From the IMG/VR virus record IMGVR_UViG_3300042914_002678: a stretch of 64,000 bases of DNA. One strand, given 5' to 3'. The position numbers and the translations under genes were made by a program. The notes under the pieces are model-generated. The model saw only the letters and a list, made by a program, of their open reading frames with translations, did not search any database and had not been told where the DNA came from. The DNA comes from a virus (lineage: Duplodnaviria > Caudoviricetes). This document shows positions 37,698-47,257 of this stretch, piece by piece (the first letter of the stretch is position 1; every line of letters begins with the position of its first letter).

Positions 37698-38069
37698 ATG
37701 AATATTCTCCAGTCGCCTCAAGACTACTTGTTCAATTTACAGACAACAAGTTCATCTGAAGCAAAACGATTATGGAGAAAGCAGATAAAAGAAAGTTGGA
37801 GTCATAAATGTGCTTACTGTAACTCCGAAGAAAATTTAACATTAGATCACGTTGTTCCACAATCAAAAGGTGGTTTAGATATTACAAGAAATGTAGTATG
37901 CTGTTGCCATTCTTGTAATCAATCTAAAGGTCATGAGTATTGGAAGTTATGGTATGTCCAACAAGACTTTTATAATGAAGATAGTTTGAATAAAATAGAA
38001 GACTGGATGAAACCTCCATTACCAACAAATCTTTACAGTTATCGTCCAAGAAGGAATAATGCTTCATGA
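37698..38069 (+). CDS. HNH endonuclease
   Basis: CAYC..LTLDHVVPQSKGG..NVVCCCHSCNQSKG; ATAAATA at 37671. Confidence 0.85.
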   Translation: MNILQSPQDYLFNLQTTSSSEAKRLWRKQIKESWSHKCAYCNSEENLTLDHVVPQSKGGLDITRNVVCCCHSCNQSKGHEYWKLWYVQQDFYNEDSLNKIEDWMKPPLPTNLYSYRPRRNNAS

Positions 38070-38174
38070 TAAATTCAACAACTCCATATAAACTGGCAGA
38101 AATCATTCGTGATACTTGGCCCAACCTTTACAGACCTGCCAAAGTATCTTATAATAAAGAAAAGGACTTAAATA

Positions 38175-38447
38175 ATGAACGAATATTGGAACGTAACAGA
38201 CAATAGAACTGGAAGAGTCATCGCACATTGTGGAGATATTAATGACGCACTTATGATGGTGAGTTTCGATCCGCATAATCGGTCTTACAGTCGTCATCGT
38301 TTTCTTATGGATCAGGTGATTGATATTTCTTCTACTACTGATAAGCAACTTCCTGGGCAGATTGGATTACCTGCTGGACAAGTAAATCAAATTAATCCAG
38401 AAAGAATTAGACTTAATGAAGGTTATGGTGAACCTGTAATTGTATGA
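38175..38447 (+). CDS. Hypothetical protein
   Basis: AGGA RBS; 90 aa. Confidence 0.65.
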   Translation: MNEYWNVTDNRTGRVIAHCGDINDALMMVSFDPHNRSYSRHRFLMDQVIDISSTTDKQLPGQIGLPAGQVNQINPERIRLNEGYGEPVIV

Positions 38448-39445
38448 ATCATATTGTAGAATATAAATTATCTATTTTGTTTTATGGAGTTGATTCTCCA
38501 GTAAATAATCATGAGTATATTCTAAATGATATTTTTGCAAATTATAAACATATTGATTGTGATTATATTTTAGTTGGTGGCGAAAATCAGTTAAATAAAG
38601 ACTATGATGTTCTTGTTTATAATTGTGCCGATCCAACACGATACAGTCATTTTGGATTTCCACCAACGTATGAACAAGTTAAAAATTTAGTTTTAAAGTG
38701 TAAACCAAAAATTATAATACAATTAGCAGATGAATGTTTTCATGAACATAATGAAATTCATAATTTATTGGCAAATTTTTGTAATTTATTTTTAAAACAG
38801 CATAGGCATGAAACTCAACTTTACTCTTACAGTGATAACTTATTTCCAATTCCTTTAGGATATGTAAATCAATTTTATGATCGTAAAAAAACTTTAAAAC
38901 CAATTTCAGAAAGAAAATATACTTGGTCTTGGGTTGGAGTTCTTAAAAATGATAGAAGGGAAATGATAAATTCTTTTTGGTCTATGTGGAAAAATATTGT
39001 AGTTTGTAATGCTTATATGCCAACAAGTGAGGTTTTTGATTTATACTCAGAATCAATATTTGTTCCTTGTGGGAGGGGAAATTTTTCTTTGGATTGTTTT
39101 AGAAATTATGAGGCTACAATATCTGGAGCAATTCCTGTTATTGTTGGTCCAGAAGAAGAAATTGATTGGACTTTTAATTTTTTTGAAGAAAAACCACCTT
39201 GGATTTATGCCCAAAGTTGGGAAGAAGCAACTCAAAAATGTCAGCAAGTTCAATTTCAATTTGATATTTTACAAAGTATGCAAGAAGAAAATATTTTTTG
39301 GTGGAAAAGAATGTTAAATAATATTCAAGTTAGGGTAAAAGAAGCACTACTTAACGAAGTAATTGCGTCTCCCAATATCATTGAAGAATTAAAAAATAAA
39401 GAAAATAATATTACTAAACCAATCTCTATAGTTTGCTACCAATAA
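38444..39445 (+). CDS. Exostosin (GT47)-like glycosyltransferase
   Basis: SIFVPCGRGNFSLDCFRNYEATISGAIPV. Confidence 0.7.
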   Translation: MNHIVEYKLSILFYGVDSPVNNHEYILNDIFANYKHIDCDYILVGGENQLNKDYDVLVYNCADPTRYSHFGFPPTYEQVKNLVLKCKPKIIIQLADECFHEHNEIHNLLANFCNLFLKQHRHETQLYSYSDNLFPIPLGYVNQFYDRKKTLKPISERKYTWSWVGVLKNDRREMINSFWSMWKNIVVCNAYMPTSEVFDLYSESIFVPCGRGNFSLDCFRNYEATISGAIPVIVGPEEEIDWTFNFFEEKPPWIYAQSWEEATQKCQQVQFQFDILQSMQEENIFWWKRMLNNIQVRVKEALLNEVIASPNIIEELKNKENNITKPISIVCYQ

Positions 39446-39448
39446 GTT

Positions 39449-39649
39449 TTGAATTACCGTAAACGAAAACAAGCAGAAAATCAAAAAAATAAAAAGATGT
39501 ATACTCCTGACGGATATATTTCAGATCCTCCCGATGCTGTTTGTCCTCATTGTGGAAAAAAACAAAAATCTTGTTCTTATGTAAATAGTTTAAGTCGTGC
39601 TTGGGCAAGAAATGCATGTTCTAAAAAACAAAATAAACAAAATAAATAA
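39449..39649 (+). CDS. Hypothetical Zn-finger-like small protein
   Basis: CPHCG..C...C. Confidence 0.5.
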   Translation: MNYRKRKQAENQKNKKMYTPDGYISDPPDAVCPHCGKKQKSCSYVNSLSRAWARNACSKKQNKQNK

Positions 39650-39676
39650 GACAAAAAATAGAGTATAAAATCACTT

Positions 39677-39684
39677 TATAAATA
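39677..39684 (+). promoter_or_regulatory. T4-type late promoter
   Basis: TATAAATA upstream of the fibre gene; another at 46866. Confidence 0.65.
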
Positions 39685-39742
39685 TAAAAAAGTAGATCTT
39701 TGATTAAGATCATTAAAGTTTTTTATATTTTAGAGGACTATA

Positions 39743-42700
39743 ATGTCTATTAGAGTTAGATTGGGAACTGGAGAAGGAGATAATACACGGATTAGATTAG
39801 AATCCGGAGAAGGAAATGGTATTAAGGTAGTATCTAGCATTTATGGATCACAAGGTACTCAAGGTCTTCAAGGTTTAAGTAATCAAGGTGTTCAAGGATC
39901 TTTAAGTAATTTTCAAGGATCTCAAGGACTTCAGGGCAATCAAGGACTTCAAGGACACCAGGGAACTCAAGGTGCTCAAGGTCTTCAAGGTAATCAAGGT
40001 CTTCAAGGCAATCAAGGAACACAAGGAACTCAAGGTCTTCAGGGATTAAGTAATCAAGGGGTTCAAGGTCTTCAGGGAGATCAAGGAACTCAAGGTCTTC
40101 AAGGAACACAAGGTCTTCAAGGTTTAAGTAACCAAGGTGTTCAAGGTTTACAGGGTGAAAGGGGTGCTCAAGGATTTCAAGGTCTTCAGGGTCTTCAGGG
40201 TAATCAAGGTTTAAGTAATCAAGGTGTTCAAGGCACTCAAGGATTACAAGGATTTGCTGGAAGTTCGGGAGCAGTAGGACTTCAGGGTGCTGAGGGGTCT
40301 TTTGGTGGAGCTTCTTTTGAGTATTTGTACTATAATACTAGTGTTATAGACGAAGACCCTGGAAGTGGGAATGTAGGATTTAATACTGTACAGTTAAATT
40401 CTGCTTCTTACCTTTATATTAGTAAGATAGATTCAAATTCAACTGATTTAACTACTTTTATTAGAACTATTGACGATTCTACTTCCAATATTAAAGGTCA
40501 TTTTAGTATAAAACCAGAAGGATCTAATTTATCTTCTTTATTCTCTATAGTTGGGTTAAGTACTGAATATAGCGAGTATTTCAGTGTCCCTATAACATAT
40601 TTAAGTGGATCTGTTTCTTCATTAAATAATGATGATCTTATAGTACTTACTTTTGCAAGAACTGGTGATATTGGTGATACTGGTCTTCAAGGTAATCAAG
40701 GTCTTCAAGGACACCAGGGAACGCAAGGTCTTCAAGGAAATCAAGGTCTCCAAGGACATCAAGGTACTCAAGGTCTTCAAGGCACACAAGGTCTTCAGGG
40801 ATTAAGTAATCAAGGTGTTCAAGGTCTTCAGGGAGATCAAGGAACTCAGGGAACACAAGGTCTTCAAGGTTTAAGTAATCAAGGAACACAAGGTACTCAA
40901 GGTCTTCAGGGAGATCAAGGTACTCAAGGAACACAAGGTCTTCAAGGAAATCAAGGTCTCCAAGGACATCAAGGTACTCAAGGAACACAAGGTCTTCAAG
41001 GTGATCAAGGTCTTCAGGGAGATCAAGGTACTCAAGGTCTTCAAGGAGATCAAGGAACTCAAGGTACTCAAGGTCTTCAAGGTTTAAGTAATCAAGGTGT
41101 TCAAGGACTTCAAGGAGATCAAGGCGCTCAAGGTCTTCAAGGTACTCAAGGTCTTCAGGGATTAAGTAATCAAGGGGTTCAAGGTCTTCAGGGAGATCAA
41201 GGTACTCAAGGAACGCAAGGTCTTCAAGGAAATCAAGGAACACAAGGTCTTCAAGGTTTAAGTAATCAAGGGGTTCAAGGTCTTCAGGGAGATCAAGGTA
41301 CTCAAGGAACACAAGGTCTTCAAGGTACTCAAGGAACACAAGGTCTTCAAGGTACTCAAGGTCTTCAGGGAGATCAAGGTACTCAAGGAACACAAGGTCT
41401 TCAAGGTTTAAGTAATCAAGGTGTTCAAGGACTTCAAGGAGATCAAGGCACTCAAGGTCTTCAAGGTACTCAAGGTCTTCAAGGTTTAAGTAATCAAGGA
41501 ACCCAAGGTCTTCAAGGCACTCAAGGTCTTCAAGGTACTCAAGGTCTTCAAGGTTTAAGTAATCAAGGAACCCAAGGTCTTCAAGGCACTCAAGGTCTTC
41601 AAGGTACTCAAGGTCTTCAAGGTTTAAGTAATCAAGGAACACAAGGTACTCAAGGAACTCAAGGACTTCAAGGTACTCAAGGTCTTCAGGGAGATCAAGG
41701 TACTCAAGGGGCAGATGGAATTCAAGGTATATTTGGATCTTACAGTTCTTCAGCATTCAGATACACTTTTGACCTATCAATTTCAGAAACTGAACCAGAT
41801 CCTGGTCATATTAAATTTAACAATTCTAATTTTAGTTTATGTACTAAATTAATAATTTCTAAGAGTGATTTTTATAATGTTGGATTATCTACTTTTCTTG
41901 AAACTATAGATGATTCAACTTCAGACCATAAAGGATATTTTTCAGTTAAAGATTTAAATAATTATCAACATTATGTAATTTTTTCTATTAGTCCAAGTGA
42001 ATCTGGGTCAATATATCCAAATTACATAATTTTTAATTGTAGTTATGTTTCCGGAATTACAACCTCTCAACCACCATCTGAAATTGGAGATCCAATTTCA
42101 GATGTAATTATATCTTTTTCGAGAACTGGTGATCTAGGAGATCAGGGAGTTCAAGGTCTTCAGGGTGGTGGATCTCAAGGATTTCAAGGTCTTCAAGGAA
42201 ATCAAGGAACACAAGGTCTTCAAGGTTTAAGTAATCAAGGGGTTCAAGGTCTTCAGGGAGATCAAGGTACTCAAGGAACACAAGGTCTTCAAGGTACTCA
42301 AGGAACACAAGGTCTTCAAGGAAATCAAGGTCTCCAAGGACATCAAGGTACTCAAGGAACACAAGGTCTTCAAGGTGATCAAGGTCTTCAAGGTGATCAA
42401 GGTCTTCAGGGAGATCAAGGTACTCAAGGTCTTCAAGGAGATCAAGGAACTCAAGGTACTCAAGGTCTTCAAGGTTTAAGTAATCAAGGGATTCAAGGTC
42501 TTCAAGGAAATCAAGGTCTTCAAGGTACTCAAGGTCTAACAGGCCCTATAGCAGGTTCTGCAAATCAAATTGTTTATAAAGACGGATCTAATAATCCAAC
42601 TGGTTCTGGAAACCTGACTTTTGACGGCACTAATCTTTATGTTGGTGGTAATGTAACAATTGGCGGTACTAGTGTTCTAATTGCCGCCACTACATTAGTG

Positions 42701-45700
42701 GTAAATGATAAAGATATCATTGTTGGTCTTGCTACGACTGCTGGTGGTATTGTTATTTCTAATGATAATACCGCAAATCACGGTGGTATTGCTGTTGCAT
42801 CAACTGAAGGAAGTCCATTATTTAATATTAGTGCTGGTCTTGGTACTGATGATATTCCATCCACATATAAGCAGATTATGTGGTTGAAGTCTGGTACTTT
42901 GACTGGACTCAATACTGATGCGTGGTTATTTAATTATGCTGTAGGTGTTGGTACTGACCAAGTTCCAAATGGTGTAAGACTTGCTGCAGGTGCTATCAAT
43001 GTCTTAGATAATAAACTAAATGTAGCAGGAGATATTGATTTTAGTGGAACATTCTATCAAAATGGAAGTCCATTTGTAGCATCAAGATGGTCTGCTGGGA
43101 CTGGAGATGATATTTACAGATTGAATGGTAATGTTGGCATAAAAACATCATCTCCACAATCAGCACTTGATGTTCGTGGAACAATCTCAATTGGTAGAAC
43201 TGATGCTTCTACTGTAAACACTATTTACTCTGTTGTTGATATTAACTCTTGGGAGTATGGTGGTATAAGTCTTGCAGTTGGTGGACAAGATACTGCACCA
43301 ACAGACATTTACTTCAAAGATGATGGAACCAAGATGTTTATTCTTGGTGATACTGGAAATGATGTAAATGAATATGCACTTTCTACTGCTTGGGAAGTAA
43401 ATACTGCAACATTTACAACTAACTTTGTTGTTGGGGGACAAGAAACTTTTCCAACAGGTTTATATTTTAAACCAGATGGAACCAGAATGTATATCTGTGG
43501 TCAAACTGGGGTTTCTCCAACTGGTGATAGAGTTTATTCTTATACATTAAGCAATCCTTGGTCTCTTGTTGGAGTTACTACCGATACTGTTGCTGGTGCT
43601 GGAACCACTGTTAAAAACTTTAATGTAGGAGCAAATGATACTGGACCACAAGGACTTTATTTTAAAGATGATGGAACTAAGATGTATGTGGTTGGTTCCA
43701 CTGGTGATGCGGTTTATGAATATACAGTTTCTACTGCCTGGGAAATTGATTCAACTGTAACTCTTAATCATACACTTTTGATTGGCGCGACAAATACTCA
43801 AAATCTTCCACTGACTCTGACTGCTCCAACGGGTATTGATTTTAATGATACTGGAATCAAGATGTATATTACGGATTCAGCCCGTGATTTAGTTGCAAGA
43901 TTTGATTTATCTACTCCTTGGGACTTAAGTACTGCAGTATTTTATGATAATGTTTATGTTGGTTTCCAAGATCTTACTCCAAATGGAATATTTTATCAAG
44001 AAGACCAATCAAAGGCATATGTAGTTGGTGATAGTAATAATACTGTTTATCAATACAATACTGATGTTCCTTCACTTGAATTTGCATCTTCTGGTATTTC
44101 CACAAGGTCTTCGGTCATCATTAATAATGAAGCAAGATTAAAAAATCGTCTTTATGTAACTGATACTGCTCATTTTAGCAGACCAGTTACAGTTAAGGAA
44201 TCACTCCAAATTGATGGTGCTGTTGCAACAAGTAGTAACCTTACAGTTTCTGGTGGAACAATAACTACAGGAAACGTTGCTGCGACACTTCTTAGTGGTA
44301 ATACTACTACCAACATCACTCTGGCAAGTGGACAAACTTCAGGAACATTAATTGTTGGTGGTGCTTCACAAACTGGAACTATAACAATAGACCAGTCTGC
44401 TTCTGGTCATATTTTAAATATTGCTACTGGTGCTAATGCTTCTGGAGTAGGAAAAACTGTTAATATTGCAACTGGTGGTGCTTCTGGTTCCAGAACTTTA
44501 ATCACTGTTGGTTCTGCTGTTGCTGGTGCTGCAAGTACAGTCTTCATTCCATCACCAACTAGTCTTGGTATTGGAATCACAAATCCAGGAGCAACTTTAA
44601 ATGTAGTTCCAACAACCACAAGTATTGCTGGATTGTTCTCTGGAACCACATCAAGTGATATGGTTCGCATTACTCAACTTGGTTCTGGTAATGCTCTGGT
44701 AGTTGAAGATTCTGCTAATCCCGATGCAACTCCTTTTGTTGTTAGTGCTGATGGTTCAGTTGGTATCGGAACCACAAATCCATTAGGACCTTTACATTTA
44801 CAAAGTAATACTCCAATTATAAGATTTGCAGAATCTGATGCATCCGCAAATAATAGAAATTGGAATGTTGGTGTTAATAACCAAGAGTTTTATTGGCAAG
44901 CACTAAGTGATGTTGGAAGTGGTGGTGGTAATTTATTTAAATTTACTAGAAGTGCTGAACAAATTCAAACTTTTGAAGGTTTGAATGGTGGAGTTACTTG
45001 GTTTGAAGTTGATAACAGTACTCAAAGAGTTGGTATCGGAACTTCAATTGCATCAGCAGTTCTTGATGTTCGTGGAACTCCTTGGTTCTCTCCAAATACC
45101 ACAGGTGTAAAGGCAACAGCATTAAGACTTGGAACACTTGTTGATGGTGTTAATGCTGCCTTTGATATTATTACCAATGATAATACTGGAGATGATATTG
45201 AAGTCCAAAGCAATCGTTTTACTGGAAAATTAAGATTCAGTAGAAGTTCTCCATCTGGTATTCAGACAACATTTATACTTGATTCTAACTATCTAACTGG
45301 AACAAGTATTTCAATTGCCGATACAACAGGAACCACAACAAAAATAAAAATTGACGAAGCAGGAAATACTTTCTTTAACAATAGTGGAGCAGTATTAGTC
45401 GGCACTGCTACATCAACAGGAACCGCATCACAAAGACTTCAAGTTACTGGTGGTGCTTATGTTTCTGGTAATACTGGAATAGGAACTACAAATCCATCAG
45501 ATCCTTTAGACGTAAATGGAAATATAAGAGTTCGTTCTGCCCTTAAAGATTATTATGGAAATGTAGGTGCTGCGGGATCTGTTTTAACTGTTGTTGGTGC
45601 TGGTATTGGAGTAAGTTGGACTCCTCCATTTGCGGCAGGACTTCAAGGTACACAAGGACTTCAGGGACTTCAAGGTACTCAAGGACTTCAAGGCAATCAA

Positions 45701-46870
45701 GGACTTCAAGGTACACAAGGACTTCAGGGACTTCAAGGTACTCAAGGTCTTCAAGGTACTCAAGGTCTTCAAGGTACTCAAGGACTGCAGGGTACTCAAG
45801 GACTCCAAGGTAATCAAGGACTCCAAGGTAATCAAGGACTTCAAGGTACTCAAGGTCTTCAAGGACTTCAAGGCAATCAAGGTCTTCAAGGACACCAGGG
45901 AACTCAAGGTCTTCAAGGTAATCAAGGCAATCAAGGACTTCAAGGTGCTCAAGGTCTTCAAGGTAATCAAGGACTTCAAGGTCTTCAAGGACTTCAGGGA
46001 GATCAAGGAACTCAGGGTACTCAAGGACTTCAGGGATTAAGTAATCAAGGGGTTCAAGGTCTTCAGGGAGATCAAGGAACTCAGGGTACTCAAGGACTTC
46101 AGGGAGATCAAGGAACTCAGGGTACTCAAGGACTTCAAGGTAATCAAGGACTTCAAGGTCTTCAAGGACTTCAGGGAGATCAAGGAACTCAAGGTACTCA
46201 AGGACTTCAAGGTAATCAAGGACTTCAAGGTCTTCAAGGACTTCAGGGAGATCAAGGAACTCAAGGTACTCAAGGTCTTCAGGGTACTCAAGGTGCTCAA
46301 GGACTTCAAGGTAATCAAGGATTGCAAGGCACTCAAGGACTTCAAGGTAATCAAGGATTGCAAGGCACTCAAGGACTTCAAGGTAATCAAGGAAGGCAAG
46401 GCACTCAAGGACTTCAAGGTAATCAAGGATTGCAAGGCACTCAAGGACTTCAAGGTAATCAAGGAAGGCAAGGACTTCAGGGACTTATTGGAACTCCTAT
46501 TCCATGGACAGTAAAAACTGCAAATTACACTGCTGTTGCAAAAGACCAAATACTCGCCAATACCTCTGGTGGATCTTTTACTATTACTTTACCAGCATCT
46601 CCATCTTCTGGTGATTATATTCGTATTGGTGATGACAACGATTGGTTTACTAATAATTTAACAGTCGCTAGAAATGGAAGTACAATTGAAGGATTGAGTG
46701 ATGATTTTGTATTAGATATTAAGGGAATTATAGTTGAGTTTGTTTATAATGGTTCTACATGGCAAGTTTATTCTTATGCTGGTCCAGCGGGCGCTCAAGG
46801 TACTACTGGATCTAGTACAAGTGGTGGTGGAACTGGTGATATTTTAGAGATTATGTTATTTGCACTATAA
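39743..46870 (+). CDS. Giant Gly-X-Gln collagen-like tail fibre/adhesin (2375 aa)
   Basis: Four GXQ blocks, two paralogous globular spacers (IDDSTS..KG.FS), five PxxxxFxxDGTKMY propeller-like repeats, VGIGTTNP fibre motifs, C-terminal ANTSGGSFTITLPASP domain. Confidence 0.88.
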   Translation: MSIRVRLGTGEGDNTRIRLESGEGNGIKVVSSIYGSQGTQGLQGLSNQGVQGSLSNFQGSQGLQGNQGLQGHQGTQGAQGLQGNQGLQGNQGTQGTQGLQGLSNQGVQGLQGDQGTQGLQGTQGLQGLSNQGVQGLQGERGAQGFQGLQGLQGNQGLSNQGVQGTQGLQGFAGSSGAVGLQGAEGSFGGASFEYLYYNTSVIDEDPGSGNVGFNTVQLNSASYLYISKIDSNSTDLTTFIRTIDDSTSNIKGHFSIKPEGSNLSSLFSIVGLSTEYSEYFSVPITYLSGSVSSLNNDDLIVLTFARTGDIGDTGLQGNQGLQGHQGTQGLQGNQGLQGHQGTQGLQGTQGLQGLSNQGVQGLQGDQGTQGTQGLQGLSNQGTQGTQGLQGDQGTQGTQGLQGNQGLQGHQGTQGTQGLQGDQGLQGDQGTQGLQGDQGTQGTQGLQGLSNQGVQGLQGDQGAQGLQGTQGLQGLSNQGVQGLQGDQGTQGTQGLQGNQGTQGLQGLSNQGVQGLQGDQGTQGTQGLQGTQGTQGLQGTQGLQGDQGTQGTQGLQGLSNQGVQGLQGDQGTQGLQGTQGLQGLSNQGTQGLQGTQGLQGTQGLQGLSNQGTQGLQGTQGLQGTQGLQGLSNQGTQGTQGTQGLQGTQGLQGDQGTQGADGIQGIFGSYSSSAFRYTFDLSISETEPDPGHIKFNNSNFSLCTKLIISKSDFYNVGLSTFLETIDDSTSDHKGYFSVKDLNNYQHYVIFSISPSESGSIYPNYIIFNCSYVSGITTSQPPSEIGDPISDVIISFSRTGDLGDQGVQGLQGGGSQGFQGLQGNQGTQGLQGLSNQGVQGLQGDQGTQGTQGLQGTQGTQGLQGNQGLQGHQGTQGTQGLQGDQGLQGDQGLQGDQGTQGLQGDQGTQGTQGLQGLSNQGIQGLQGNQGLQGTQGLTGPIAGSANQIVYKDGSNNPTGSGNLTFDGTNLYVGGNVTIGGTSVLIAATTLVVNDKDIIVGLATTAGGIVISNDNTANHGGIAVASTEGSPLFNISAGLGTDDIPSTYKQIMWLKSGTLTGLNTDAWLFNYAVGVGTDQVPNGVRLAAGAINVLDNKLNVAGDIDFSGTFYQNGSPFVASRWSAGTGDDIYRLNGNVGIKTSSPQSALDVRGTISIGRTDASTVNTIYSVVDINSWEYGGISLAVGGQDTAPTDIYFKDDGTKMFILGDTGNDVNEYALSTAWEVNTATFTTNFVVGGQETFPTGLYFKPDGTRMYICGQTGVSPTGDRVYSYTLSNPWSLVGVTTDTVAGAGTTVKNFNVGANDTGPQGLYFKDDGTKMYVVGSTGDAVYEYTVSTAWEIDSTVTLNHTLLIGATNTQNLPLTLTAPTGIDFNDTGIKMYITDSARDLVARFDLSTPWDLSTAVFYDNVYVGFQDLTPNGIFYQEDQSKAYVVGDSNNTVYQYNTDVPSLEFASSGISTRSSVIINNEARLKNRLYVTDTAHFSRPVTVKESLQIDGAVATSSNLTVSGGTITTGNVAATLLSGNTTTNITLASGQTSGTLIVGGASQTGTITIDQSASGHILNIATGANASGVGKTVNIATGGASGSRTLITVGSAVAGAASTVFIPSPTSLGIGITNPGATLNVVPTTTSIAGLFSGTTSSDMVRITQLGSGNALVVEDSANPDATPFVVSADGSVGIGTTNPLGPLHLQSNTPIIRFAESDASANNRNWNVGVNNQEFYWQALSDVGSGGGNLFKFTRSAEQIQTFEGLNGGVTWFEVDNSTQRVGIGTSIASAVLDVRGTPWFSPNTTGVKATALRLGTLVDGVNAAFDIITNDNTGDDIEVQSNRFTGKLRFSRSSPSGIQTTFILDSNYLTGTSISIADTTGTTTKIKIDEAGNTFFNNSGAVLVGTATSTGTASQRLQVTGGAYVSGNTGIGTTNPSDPLDVNGNIRVRSALKDYYGNVGAAGSVLTVVGAGIGVSWTPPFAAGLQGTQGLQGLQGTQGLQGNQGLQGTQGLQGLQGTQGLQGTQGLQGTQGLQGTQGLQGNQGLQGNQGLQGTQGLQGLQGNQGLQGHQGTQGLQGNQGNQGLQGAQGLQGNQGLQGLQGLQGDQGTQGTQGLQGLSNQGVQGLQGDQGTQGTQGLQGDQGTQGTQGLQGNQGLQGLQGLQGDQGTQGTQGLQGNQGLQGLQGLQGDQGTQGTQGLQGTQGAQGLQGNQGLQGTQGLQGNQGLQGTQGLQGNQGRQGTQGLQGNQGLQGTQGLQGNQGRQGLQGLIGTPIPWTVKTANYTAVAKDQILANTSGGSFTITLPASPSSGDYIRIGDDNDWFTNNLTVARNGSTIEGLSDDFVLDIKGIIVEFVYNGSTWQVYSYAGPAGAQGTTGSSTSGGGTGDILEIMLFAL
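39844..40296 (+). repeat. Collagen-like 9-nt repeat block 1
   Basis: Tandem GGN-NNN-CAR units with GGTTTAAGTAATCAA (GLSNQ) interruptions. Confidence 0.9.
40664..41731 (+). repeat. Collagen-like 9-nt repeat block 2
   Basis: Long GGTCTTCAA/GGTACTCAA/GGAGATCAA array with higher-order duplications. Confidence 0.92.
42129..42547 (+). repeat. Collagen-like 9-nt repeat block 3
   Basis: Same units; long stretches nearly identical to block 2. Confidence 0.9.
45638..46490 (+). repeat. Collagen-like 9-nt repeat block 4
   Basis: GXQ array enriched in GGACTTCAA units. Confidence 0.9.
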
Positions 46871-46894
46871 ATATTCAAAAACTATAGGGATATA

Positions 46895-47254
46895 ATGGCA
46901 CTTGCAAAGGTAGGATTAGGAACGGTCACAAGAGTTGCACTTGGAACTACTGCAACTGTTTTGACTGTAGGTTCTGCAAAAACTTGTTATATTCGTTCAA
47001 TAATCTGTCATAATATTGATACGATAAATTCAAGCACTATAAAAATTCATATTGTTCCTGTTTCTAGTGGTTCTCCTGGGACTGCAAGTTCTATTAATCA
47101 ACTTGCACAACTTTCTATTCAACCAACAGATACTTATTTCTTCGAACTTGCATATCCTATTACATTAGCAAGTGATAATGATACGGTTCAAGTTTATAAC
47201 TCAAGTACCACAGATGCAATCAATGTTTTAATTCTTGGCGATAAGGAGGCTTGA
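46895..47254 (+). CDS. Small beta-rich virion-associated protein
   Basis: 119 aa; positional and compositional counterpart of 51594..51965. Confidence 0.6.
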   Translation: MALAKVGLGTVTRVALGTTATVLTVGSAKTCYIRSIICHNIDTINSSTIKIHIVPVSSGSPGTASSINQLAQLSIQPTDTYFFELAYPITLASDNDTVQVYNSSTTDAINVLILGDKEA

Positions 47255-47257
47255 TAA

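Noticed and set aside
40647-41756. Long antisense ORFs with LEDLEYL or LKTLST repeats (also 39834, 40871, 42108, 42227, 45584, 46037)
   Set aside because: Shadow frames of the GXQ repeat, which lacks stop codons on the reverse strand; no RBS or promoter support
39844-46490. Repeat arrays that could be mistaken for CRISPR or DGR repeats
   Set aside because: In-frame 9-nt coding units with no unique spacers; no cas or reverse transcriptase gene in the window
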